From Patescibacteria group bacterium (GTDB taxonomy: Bacteria > Patescibacteriota > Patescibacteriia > UBA1558 > GWA2-36-10), in contig JBAYIQ010000001.1 in NCBI GenBank assembly GCA_041665545.1, positions 67,495 through 131,494 on the forward strand: a stretch of 64,000 bases of DNA, given 5' to 3'. Every line of letters starts with the position of its first letter. Position 1 is the first letter of the stretch. The position numbers were made by a program, and so were the translations under genes. This document shows positions 49,127 through 57,197 of the stretch, in pieces. The notes under the pieces were generated by a model. The model worked only from the letters and a program-made list of their open reading frames with translations, was not told where the DNA came from and did not search any database.

Positions 49127-49753
49127 ATGGCAGCGATTCTGTTGTTCGCCTTTCAGGTCATCATGGCCTGGATCTACATGATTCCGCAGGTGATCGGCAT
49201 CCTGCATGGTAAGACCGGTGGTCTGACGCTGGCGATGTGGCTCATTTTCATGGGCTACCTCTTCGTCAGCCTCTCGTTATCAGTCATGGCCTGGAAAGAG
49301 AAGAGGGAGCGGATTAGGCTCTACACCATCATCATCTTTGCCCAATGGGTCGTCTTTATCTCTGCACTGTTCATCATGTGCATTGGATCAGTCCATTGGT
49401 CAAACGGTGACACGGCAGTATGCATAGCTGTTGTAGTGCTATCCATCTTCACTATTTCTCGCCATGGACTCAAGAACCCCATCACTCGTGGCTGGCTAGC
49501 AGTTTGGTGTAAGGGCATCCCCCAACTCTGGATGGCTTATACCATGTGGCACCAAGGTAGTGCTGAATGGCTACCGACCATTTCACTACTGGCCACCAAT
49601 GCTACAGCCATGCCTCGGCTGGTGCAGGTCTATCTGCAAGGCAAGCACGGTGGCTGGGACAGACCGACCAAAGCACTAATGCTGGGCGAGTCATCTAATG
49701 TCGGAACATGGCTAGTGGTAACACTGGTCTGGCTCACCCTTAGAGTGTTCTGA
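49127..49753 (+). CDS. GC-rich polytopic membrane protein with two IPQ-initiated 3-helix repeats (PQ-loop/SWEET-like)
   Basis: GGAGG RBS with a 5-nt spacer. About 6 TM. IPQ motifs at residues about 20 and about 130. GC about 55%, against about 33% in the flanking sequence. Confidence 0.45.
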   Translation: MAAILLFAFQVIMAWIYMIPQVIGILHGKTGGLTLAMWLIFMGYLFVSLSLSVMAWKEKRERIRLYTIIIFAQWVVFISALFIMCIGSVHWSNGDTAVCIAVVVLSIFTISRHGLKNPITRGWLAVWCKGIPQLWMAYTMWHQGSAEWLPTISLLATNATAMPRLVQVYLQGKHGGWDRPTKALMLGESSNVGTWLVVTLVWLTLRVF

Positions 49754-49801
49754 AACACTAGGGGCATACAGACTGGAGCATGTCTGTCATCAAAACTGCT
49801 C

Positions 49802-49836
49802 GAAGCCCGTTGCACACGCGACGGGCTTTTTCTTTA
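49802..49836 (+). terminator. Intrinsic terminator (8-bp stem AAGCCCGT/ACGGGCTT plus T-run)
   Basis: Seen directly in the sequence. Confidence 0.65.
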
Positions 49837-49905
49837 CAAAAAAAGAAAGTAATTAAAAATTATACTTTTTAAATACTTTCTACTTTTTACTTGTCACTTG
49901 ATGCT

Positions 49906-50307
49906 TTATAACTCTTTGTCTAGAGCCAAATTGACCATCTGATCAGCCACTTTATTTTTCTCTCTGACAATGTGGTGAAACTTGATGTGATCAAATTGTG
50001 TTAGTAAATTCCAAACTTTTACAAAAATTTTGGCTAGCTCTTTGTCTTTGACGCGATATTCTTGATTGAGCTGTTTGACTACTAGCTCACTATCCAGATA
50101 ACAATCTAAAAATTTAATTTTATGCTTGATGGCTAAACTAATGCCGTGCAACAAGGCCTGATATTCGGCTTGGTTGTTGGTGGTAGAGCCAATGGTGATT
50201 CCAAAGCGGTCAATCTCTTTTTCCTCCGCATAAAGTACCCCGCCAATAGCGGCTGGTCCGGGATTGCCTCTTGAACCCCCATCAGTAAATAATTTTGCTT
50301 TAATCAT
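49906..50307 (-). CDS. rnhA: Ribonuclease HI
   Basis: TDGGSRGNPGPA, NNQAEYQAL and the DEDD catalytic pattern. Confidence 0.85.
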   Translation of the reverse strand: MIKAKLFTDGGSRGNPGPAAIGGVLYAEEKEIDRFGITIGSTTNNQAEYQALLHGISLAIKHKIKFLDCYLDSELVVKQLNQEYRVKDKELAKIFVKVWNLLTQFDHIKFHHIVREKNKVADQMVNLALDKEL

Positions 50308-50346
50308 TATTTATAACTTTATTTTTATTAAACTTACGCTAAATTC

Positions 50347-50456
50347 TGTCATTCTATCGTTTCGTCCGAAGGACAAAACGATAGAATCTACAAGTATAAA
50401 TTAAGGATATGGATTCTATCGGCCATTCGCCCGTGCTCATGGCCTCCAGAATGACA
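50347..50456. repeat. Palindromic MITE-like element, copy A (TIR TGTCATTCT/AGAATGACA; internal GATTCTATCG/CGATAGAATC hairpins)
   Basis: Perfect 12-bp hairpin ATTCTATCGTTT/AAACGATAGAAT. The termini are inverted repeats. It shares its core with the elements at 52179 and 55338. Confidence 0.55.
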
Positions 50457-50464
50457 AGTCTATT

Positions 50465-52162
50465 TTACTTAACGTGAATATCTTTAATTTTTAATTGTAT
50501 TTCACGATTACCATTCCATTCGTTGATATTTATATTATAAACGATGTCGACATTGTGGCCAACTGCCAAATCAATATTTCCGAGACCAAAACCAATGCCA
50601 CCAATTTTTTTGTTGTTTTGCGCTAATTCTAATTTCAAATGTTTGCCATCAGAACCAACTTTACGCGCTTGGCTGATCATAACATTTTCACTGACAAAAT
50701 ATGGCTCGGGATTGCCTTGGCCGTGTGGCTCAAATTTCTGCAACCAATCAACCAACTCCCAGTTTATTTGCTCCAAATCAATTTTTTTCTCAATTTCCAA
50801 TTTACTTTGAAAAAGCGAATCTTTTAACTGATCTTCAGCTAATGCTTTAAGATTTTTTATTAAAGTTTCATAATTTGCTTGAGTTGTGGTAAAACCAGCG
50901 GCCTGCGGATGTCCACCAAATCTAAGCAACAAATCTTTGTTCTTGGTCAGTGCTTCAGTAATATTGAATCCCTCCAAACTACGGGCTGAACCCACAATCT
51001 TGTCGCCTTGACCGCAAATCACTAGGCAAGGACGATTATACTCCCTGAGCAGTTTGTTGGCAGCCAAACTTACTAGACCAGCTGGCCAGTCCGCTTTATA
51101 GAAAACCAACAATTTGTCAGTAGCGCTTATATCTAAAGTCTTGGCCTCACGAAAAATATTTTCAGTGATTTTTTGCCTTTCACTATTATTTTGATTCAAA
51201 GCTGCAGCCATTTCAGCGGCTTTGGCTTCGTCTGTTTCAATCAATAAAAAATAAGCTTGGTTGGCATGGTCCATGCGTCCGGCTGTGTTAATTCGCGGCG
51301 CTATGGCAAAAGCAATATTCGTAGCATCAATTTCTTTGGGTTCCAAACCCGCCACTTTGAACATCATCTGCAAGCCGACGCGCCGCGTCTTCCGCAAGAC
51401 AATGAGTCCGTGCTTAAGTAGGGTTCTATTTTCTCCAATAATAGGCACCATGTCAGCCACAGTAGAAATAGCCACCATGTCCAAAAGCCATTTTTCTTTG
51501 GATTCTCTGTCTTTGAGCTCAAATTTATTACTAGCATGCTTAAGTAGCGCTTGTGCTAATTTGAAAGACACTCCGCCACCACACAAAAATTTGAAAGGAT
51601 AAGTTTCCCCGGGTGCTTGCGGATGAATAATGGCGTAGGCCTCTGGCAATTTTTCCGGCATGGCATGATGGTCAGTGATGATCACATCAACATTTTTGCT
51701 GTTGGCTAAGGCCACTTCTTCATTGTTACTGACTCCACAGTCGCAAGTAATTATTAATTTTGTACCGTTGCTGGCAATCTCTTCCACTGAAATCAAATTC
51801 AAACCATAGCCCTCTTTTTCGCGGTGTGGTAAATAGACCGCAACCTTGGCTCCCAAATCAGTGAGCACACTATTCAAGATCACTGCCGAACTCACGCCAT
51901 CAGCATCATAGTCAGCATAGACAGTGATTAATTCTTTTTGCTCAATAGCTTGGTAGATGCGTTGACAAGCTTTTTCCATGTCTTTGAACAAAAAAGGATC
52001 ATGAATGTCTTGACTATAATCAGGTAATAAAAATTCATCTACTACCTCTTGATTTTGCAAATTACGAGAAAACAAAAGCTGAGTCACTATTGGTGGCAAT
52101 TCTGGAAACTTTTCCGTAAGTTCTTGGGGAGCTTTTTCTTTTATCTGCCAAATATAGGGCAT
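50465..52162 (-). CDS. recJ: Single-stranded-DNA-specific exonuclease RecJ
   Basis: DHH (DCDGVSS..., DHH) and DHHA1 (GGGH) motifs. 565 aa. Confidence 0.85.
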   Translation of the reverse strand: MPYIWQIKEKAPQELTEKFPELPPIVTQLLFSRNLQNQEVVDEFLLPDYSQDIHDPFLFKDMEKACQRIYQAIEQKELITVYADYDADGVSSAVILNSVLTDLGAKVAVYLPHREKEGYGLNLISVEEIASNGTKLIITCDCGVSNNEEVALANSKNVDVIITDHHAMPEKLPEAYAIIHPQAPGETYPFKFLCGGGVSFKLAQALLKHASNKFELKDRESKEKWLLDMVAISTVADMVPIIGENRTLLKHGLIVLRKTRRVGLQMMFKVAGLEPKEIDATNIAFAIAPRINTAGRMDHANQAYFLLIETDEAKAAEMAAALNQNNSERQKITENIFREAKTLDISATDKLLVFYKADWPAGLVSLAANKLLREYNRPCLVICGQGDKIVGSARSLEGFNITEALTKNKDLLLRFGGHPQAAGFTTTQANYETLIKNLKALAEDQLKDSLFQSKLEIEKKIDLEQINWELVDWLQKFEPHGQGNPEPYFVSENVMISQARKVGSDGKHLKLELAQNNKKIGGIGFGLGNIDLAVGHNVDIVYNININEWNGNREIQLKIKDIHVK

Positions 52163-52178
52163 TTTAATAAAAATAAAT

Positions 52179-52280
52179 AATCACACTATCGTTACTGTCA
52201 TTCCGGATTTATTCCGGAATCTAGTTAAAAAATGGCTAGATTCCTGCCTGCGCAGGAATGACGGTAGTAATTGTGTGATT
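52179..52280. repeat. Palindromic element, copy B (26-nt imperfect terminal inverted repeats around nested palindromes)
   Basis: AATCACACTATCGTTACTGTCATTCC ... GGAATGACGGTAGTAATTGTGTGATT. Internal CCGGATTTATTCCGG and CCTGCGCAGG palindromes. Confidence 0.55.
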
Positions 52281-52315
52281 ATTGTAGCAATAATTAATAA
52301 TTTTGGGAAATATTT

Positions 52316-52993
52316 CTAGTCTGCGAGGCCCCCTCTATCCATACAAAGTATATAAATCCCCTGATATTTAAAATAATCTGGCCGAGTAATATTTTCTGGC
52401 AAGGTAAGGTTATTCTTTTTATAATATAAAGTAGTTTTATCAAGATACTCGCTATAACACTTGTGAGACCAATAATAAAACCAAAAATAAAAACTAAAAA
52501 ATAATATTAAACCAAACAGTAGATATTTATAATTACCATATTTTATTACTCTAATAATAATAAAAATAATTAGCACCAAATATAAAAATAACCCACCAAT
52601 CATCATGGTTAAAATTAAAGAACCATTCCAGGTAATCATAAATTTCGGCGGAAATAAATCATAGGATTCAATAGTAAATACAAAATAAGCCAAGTAAACT
52701 GTGACTGTAATAATATTAAAAAAAATTCTAAAAATTTTATTTTTTACAGAAAACGAGATTTTTTTAGGTTGGCTTTTTAAAATTGCCTTGGGACCTAAAA
52801 TTTTCCTCAAGAAACCTATTAAAATTAATGCCAAGTAAACTAATAAAATTAAAAATAATGTACTCCAAAAAAATGAACCATCTTTTAGTCTAACAATAGT
52901 CGGCCACCAATAAAATATAATAAAAAATAAAAATAACGGCACGGTCAATATTATTGACAACCTCAAATCTTTAAAAAAATTATTTAATTTCAT
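52316..52993 (-). CDS. Hypothetical polytopic membrane protein
   Basis: 225 aa, very AT-rich, at least 5 TM. Confidence 0.45.
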   Translation of the reverse strand: MKLNNFFKDLRLSIILTVPLFLFFIIFYWWPTIVRLKDGSFFWSTLFLILLVYLALILIGFLRKILGPKAILKSQPKKISFSVKNKIFRIFFNIITVTVYLAYFVFTIESYDLFPPKFMITWNGSLILTMMIGGLFLYLVLIIFIIIRVIKYGNYKYLLFGLILFFSFYFWFYYWSHKCYSEYLDKTTLYYKKNNLTLPENITRPDYFKYQGIYILCMDRGGLAD

Positions 52994-52997
52994 GTAA

Positions 52998-53525
52998 TTA
53001 CTTTATCTTCTCCACTTTTATTTTAATGGGTTTATCCATTTTCTTTGCGGACTTTTTATCTTCCTCGTCCTCATCGTCACCTTCCTCTTCAAGCAACTCT
53101 TCCTCCACTTTCTCTACTTCTGATTCTTTGGCTAATTCCGGCTCCTCTTCCTCAATGCCCTCCTTTTCATCAACCGATTCCTCTATTTCTTCATCCTTCT
53201 TTATACTTTCAACTTTCCCACCCACGGGGTGGTCGCCCTGTGGGCGAGACTTTTTACTGCGGTCTTTATTCTGCAATTCGGCCAATAAAAAAAGTAAACC
53301 AAAAGCCAAAAGCAACAAACCAACCAACACAAACCAAAAATACATATTGCTAAAATTAAAAAATGATGTTTCTGGACTGGTGGTCAGCATGGTGTTGTAT
53401 TGCTCCTTCAACAAGTCCAACTCTTGATTGGCATTTTGCAATTGACCTTCTGTCACCTGCAAATTTTCGTTGACCGTGCTACTAGCGTTTTGCGCCAGCA
53501 AAATTACTGATGTAAATATTGCCAT
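52998..53525 (-). CDS. Hypothetical protein: signal peptide, coiled coil, TM, highly acidic C-terminal tail
   Basis: ORF. EEE/DED-rich tail. Confidence 0.45.
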   Translation of the reverse strand: MAIFTSVILLAQNASSTVNENLQVTEGQLQNANQELDLLKEQYNTMLTTSPETSFFNFSNMYFWFVLVGLLLLAFGLLFLLAELQNKDRSKKSRPQGDHPVGGKVESIKKDEEIEESVDEKEGIEEEEPELAKESEVEKVEEELLEEEGDDEDEEDKKSAKKMDKPIKIKVEKIK

Positions 53526-54667
53526 GTTTTTGTTGCTATATTTTTCATCTCACCTTCTGGGGCAATCAAAACGCGACAGCCCTTTGGTAAATTTAAATTT
53601 TTTAAAACTAAACTGCGAATTACCGCCGAGTTGGTACCTACCACGCCAGTAAACACAATGGCTTGCGGTTTCTTACTCATACCCAAATACGAAGCTAAAT
53701 AGCGCTTGATATCATAAACATAAACAGCCAAAGCTTGCTTGGCTAATTTTTTCTGAATACTTGAATATTTGAAACTTGACTTGTAGCCACTGACTTTGTA
53801 GCCCGAAGCCAGCAATACTTCTCGTAAATCAGCGCTACCACTCAAGCCCAAGAGCCCTGACTCTTGATTGATTAACTGGTCAATTTGCTCTAAAGGCATT
53901 TTTTGTTCTTTGGCTAGATACAAGGCCACGGCCGCTGGCAAATCACCGCTACGAGTCGCCATAGTCAAACCCTCATTGGGTGAAAAACCCATGGTAGTGT
54001 CTTTGACCTTGCCCGCTTCCAGCCAAGCAATGCTTGATCCCGATCCCAGATGAATAGTAATGGCTGATAATTTATTCCAAGCTATATTCAATTTTTTGGC
54101 AGCCCAAGAACAAGCCATCTCATGACTAAGCCCGTGAAAACCATATTTTCTAATGCCAAACTTTTCGTAATATTTTATGGGCAAAGAATATAAATAAGCT
54201 TCTGGCTCAAGCCCTGAAAACCAAGCTGTGTCAAAACTGGCAATTATTTTGACTTTGGGCCAAGTAGCTTGCACTATTTTTACCAACTCCAAACTTTGTT
54301 CGTTGTGTAATGGCGCCAAGTGATTGTACTGGCTTATTTTTTGTAAAATATTTTTATCCAGCTTACAGCTTTTCTTAAACTCCGCGCCACCGTGAACCAC
54401 TCGCAAGCCAACAGCTTGAATGTCCAATTTGGCCAGCATTTCATGAATAGCTTGCCAAGCGTTTTTCAAACTGTATTTTTCCGAATAATTAACTTGATTT
54501 TTTTTATTATTTTTATAATAAAGCAAAATTGACTTGGCATTGTAAGCAGAATATGAGCCCTCCAAAATTATTCGGCCTAAAACTTTTTTGTCATACTCAA
54601 AAACAGCAAATTTCAAACTACTGGAGCCGTTGTTCAAAATGAGTAAATTTTTTTTCTCATTTTTCAT
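53504..54667 (-). CDS. ackA: Acetate kinase
   Basis: N-terminal LILNNGSSSLKF (acetate kinase signature 1), VVHGG and HLGSGSSIA motifs. Confidence 0.75.
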   Translation of the reverse strand: MKNEKKNLLILNNGSSSLKFAVFEYDKKVLGRIILEGSYSAYNAKSILLYYKNNKKNQVNYSEKYSLKNAWQAIHEMLAKLDIQAVGLRVVHGGAEFKKSCKLDKNILQKISQYNHLAPLHNEQSLELVKIVQATWPKVKIIASFDTAWFSGLEPEAYLYSLPIKYYEKFGIRKYGFHGLSHEMACSWAAKKLNIAWNKLSAITIHLGSGSSIAWLEAGKVKDTTMGFSPNEGLTMATRSGDLPAAVALYLAKEQKMPLEQIDQLINQESGLLGLSGSADLREVLLASGYKVSGYKSSFKYSSIQKKLAKQALAVYVYDIKRYLASYLGMSKKPQAIVFTGVVGTNSAVIRSLVLKNLNLPKGCRVLIAPEGEMKNIATKTWQYLHQ

Positions 54668-55256
54668 AAATATATACTTTTTGCTTATTAACTAAACCCA
54701 CGGCATTAGCTTCATCAGTATCAAGATGAACATGGGTTTTGAAGTCTCCGACTCTAACCACTACATTCTCCAAAATAGCTGATCGCTCTCCCTTGACCAT
54801 GATGGCTATTTTTTTACCACTTTTGTATTTCCATTCTTTGGCCTGTTTTTTGGAAATATGCAAATGACGCTGAGCCACAATGGCCGCTGCTACGACATGA
54901 CCATGTGGCCCCTGCAAAGTGACTTGGCTAGATTTGCGTACTTGTCCAGAAAGCTGAACGACTGGCTTGATGCCCAAAAAATAGCAATCAGTCATTGACA
55001 GTTCCACTTGGGTTTTGCGTCGCACCGGACCCACAATCCTCACTTTGGGAAAATAATCACGCCCACCCTTAACCACCAGTGTTTCTTTGGCCGCAAATTC
55101 TTCGGGCTGTGACAAATCTTTAAATTTTGATAATTTAAAATTTTTACCAAATAATTTTTCCAAATCTTTTTGGTTCAAGTGGATATGTCGCGCTGATACT
55201 TCGGCTATGATTGTTTTCACCCCGTTAGAAATTTTCTTTTCTTTTTTGCTGTGCAT
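54657..55256 (-). CDS. pduL: PduL-type phosphate acyltransferase (phosphotransacetylase)
   Basis: About 200 aa with two PduL repeats (VSARHIHL ... AQRHLHI). Confidence 0.7.
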   Translation of the reverse strand: MHSKKEKKISNGVKTIIAEVSARHIHLNQKDLEKLFGKNFKLSKFKDLSQPEEFAAKETLVVKGGRDYFPKVRIVGPVRRKTQVELSMTDCYFLGIKPVVQLSGQVRKSSQVTLQGPHGHVVAAAIVAQRHLHISKKQAKEWKYKSGKKIAIMVKGERSAILENVVVRVGDFKTHVHLDTDEANAVGLVNKQKVYIYEK

Positions 55257-55337
55257 AAAATAAAAATAATAATACCAATTGTTATAATTTTACTAACTAC
55301 AAATTTTCGTGAATTTCTAAACGGGGTTTCATAAATG

Positions 55338-55440
55338 CTTTTGCTCGTCATTCTGGAGCGAACGCAGTGAGCGATAGAATCCACAAAATGTAGACTCTAT
55401 CGCTTCGTCCCGCCACACGGGACTACGCTCCAGAGTGACA
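55338..55440. repeat. Palindromic element, copy C (TIR GTCATTCTGGAGCG/CGCTCCAGAGTGAC; internal GCGATAGAATC/GACTCTATCGC)
   Basis: Seen in the sequence. Shares the GTCATTC terminus and GATAGAATC core with copies A and B. Confidence 0.5.
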
Positions 55441-55444
55441 AAAA

Positions 55445-56422
55445 TTATAATTTATACTTTTTCAAATCACCAGCTTGCAATAAGCCGGTTTGAGCGCCTA
55501 TTTTTGATACTACGGCGGCGCTATTATATGTACCCAAGGCCAAAGCTTTTTTTATATCCCTATATTTTATCCAGCCGGCCACAAAACCAGCACCAAAAGA
55601 ATCTCCCGCGCCAGTAGTGTTCAATGCTTTTACTTTTTTGACTGGCCGAAAATGTAATTCTTGACCATCAAAAGCATAAGAGCCCTTTTGGCCATCGGTA
55701 ATCACGGTAATTTTTTGTCCAAATTTATGTAAATTCTTAATCAAGTCACGAATATTATTTTTTACTTGATGTTTGACTAATATTTCCAAGGCCTCATCAC
55801 GATTGACAATCAAAACATGAGTTTTTGATAAATAATCCTTCAACCTGCTAGCTGGTAGCTGTAACTGCTGAACTCCGGGATTCCAAGCCAGCTTTATTTT
55901 CTTTCTAGCAACATGATGAAATAAAATGTCTGGTTGTTTGGTGTAACTTTTTGGCAGAGAGGCCAAATAAATCCAAGGCGTGTTGATTTTATTTACTTTT
56001 TCAGCACTAAGATCAACATAATCATTGGCTCCCCGATAAGCAAAAATAACATGTTCATTGTCTTGCCCCACATTAGCCACAAAAGACAGGCCGGTCTTGT
56101 GCTTGTGATCAAATTGCACAAGCTTGGTGCTGACTTTTTTTGCCTTAATATTAGCCAAAATATCTTTACCTAAAAAGTCCGAACCCAGACGACAGACAAT
56201 TTGCGCTTTCAAACCAAGATTGGCAAATGACACAGCCACATTGGCCGCGCTACCACCATTGACCAGATATACTTTGTCGCTATAAATTTTGGCGCCGTAT
56301 TCAAAGGCCACTAATTTTTGCCTCAACAAGTCTTGTCGATTATCCAAAAACAAAACATTGTCAGCGTAAAACATAATGTCATACACGGCGCTGCCAATGG
56401 CTGTAATGTGATTGCCTAACAT
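55445..56422 (-). CDS. PfkB-family carbohydrate kinase (ribokinase-like)
   Basis: N-terminal GG motif and C-terminal TGAGDSFGAGFVAG signature. Confidence 0.8.
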   Translation of the reverse strand: MLGNHITAIGSAVYDIMFYADNVLFLDNRQDLLRQKLVAFEYGAKIYSDKVYLVNGGSAANVAVSFANLGLKAQIVCRLGSDFLGKDILANIKAKKVSTKLVQFDHKHKTGLSFVANVGQDNEHVIFAYRGANDYVDLSAEKVNKINTPWIYLASLPKSYTKQPDILFHHVARKKIKLAWNPGVQQLQLPASRLKDYLSKTHVLIVNRDEALEILVKHQVKNNIRDLIKNLHKFGQKITVITDGQKGSYAFDGQELHFRPVKKVKALNTTGAGDSFGAGFVAGWIKYRDIKKALALGTYNSAAVVSKIGAQTGLLQAGDLKKYKL

Positions 56423-56469
56423 ATTTATTTTTATTTACTTATACTTATATTATAACACAAAAATTAATT

Positions 56470-56952
56470 TTATTTGTATTGTCTAATATAATACCCAGCT
56501 ACTCCCATGGCCACACCAACATTGAGCGATTCTTTTTGGCCGTACATTGGCAAATAAATTATTTGGTCGGTCTTTTTTAGTAATGCCTTTGATACTCCAC
56601 GCACTTCATTGCCAAGCAACAGTGCTAAAGGAAATTGCGGTTTGAATTTATTATATGGTATGGCACCAGCCCCCAGTTCTAAACCAATTATTTTTACCTT
56701 TTGTTTTTTGAGTTTGATAAATAAACTAGAAATATTTTTGTGATGCTCCCAAAGCACGAAATTCTCTGACCCCAAAGCTATTTTTGATATTTGAGAAGAT
56801 GGCGGATGACCAGAATAGCTGGTCAAATAAATTTTGTCCACACCCAAAGCATCAGCGGTACGAAATATAGTACCAATATTGTATAAACTTCTGATATTGT
56901 GGGCTATTATATAAAAATCGTGATTGGCTGAAAAAGACCTATTTTTATTCAT
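56470..56952 (-). CDS. SpoU/TrmH-family RNA 2'-O-methyltransferase
   Basis: SPOUT motifs (NIGTIFRTADALG, LLGNEVRGVS). Start placed at the internal ATG (MNKNRS). Confidence 0.75.
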   Translation of the reverse strand: MNKNRSFSANHDFYIIAHNIRSLYNIGTIFRTADALGVDKIYLTSYSGHPPSSQISKIALGSENFVLWEHHKNISSLFIKLKKQKVKIIGLELGAGAIPYNKFKPQFPLALLLGNEVRGVSKALLKKTDQIIYLPMYGQKESLNVGVAMGVAGYYIRQYK

Positions 56953-56975
56953 ATCTTGACAGTTTAGTCTTGCTA

Positions 56976-57187
56976 TTGACAAAAAATTTTATATGTGCTA
57001 CTATGTTACTGTTTTTGTTCGTCCAACTACTAGCCATGCTCGCAAGCTTACGGGGTACAGCTTACGAGATTCACCGTGCGCGTCTCCCCAGCGACAGTTA
57101 TATATGTCGCCTAAGCAAGACGCAAATATTAACTTTACTTCACACGCGGCGGGGTTTGTCTCACAAGAGCGCCCCGCCTTTTCATTT
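56976..57187 (+). ncRNA. Candidate GC-rich structured sRNA unit of about 175 nt (TTGACA-17-TACTAT promoter, transcript about 57011-57187, intrinsic terminator GGCGGGG/CCCCGCC plus T-run)
   Basis: Promoter and terminator are both oriented on the plus strand. No RBS-led ORF. Extensive hairpins (CTCGCAAGCT/AGCTTACGAG; GCGTCT...AGACGC). About 52% GC between AT-rich minus-strand genes. Confidence 0.35.
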
Positions 57188-57197
57188 ACATAAATTT

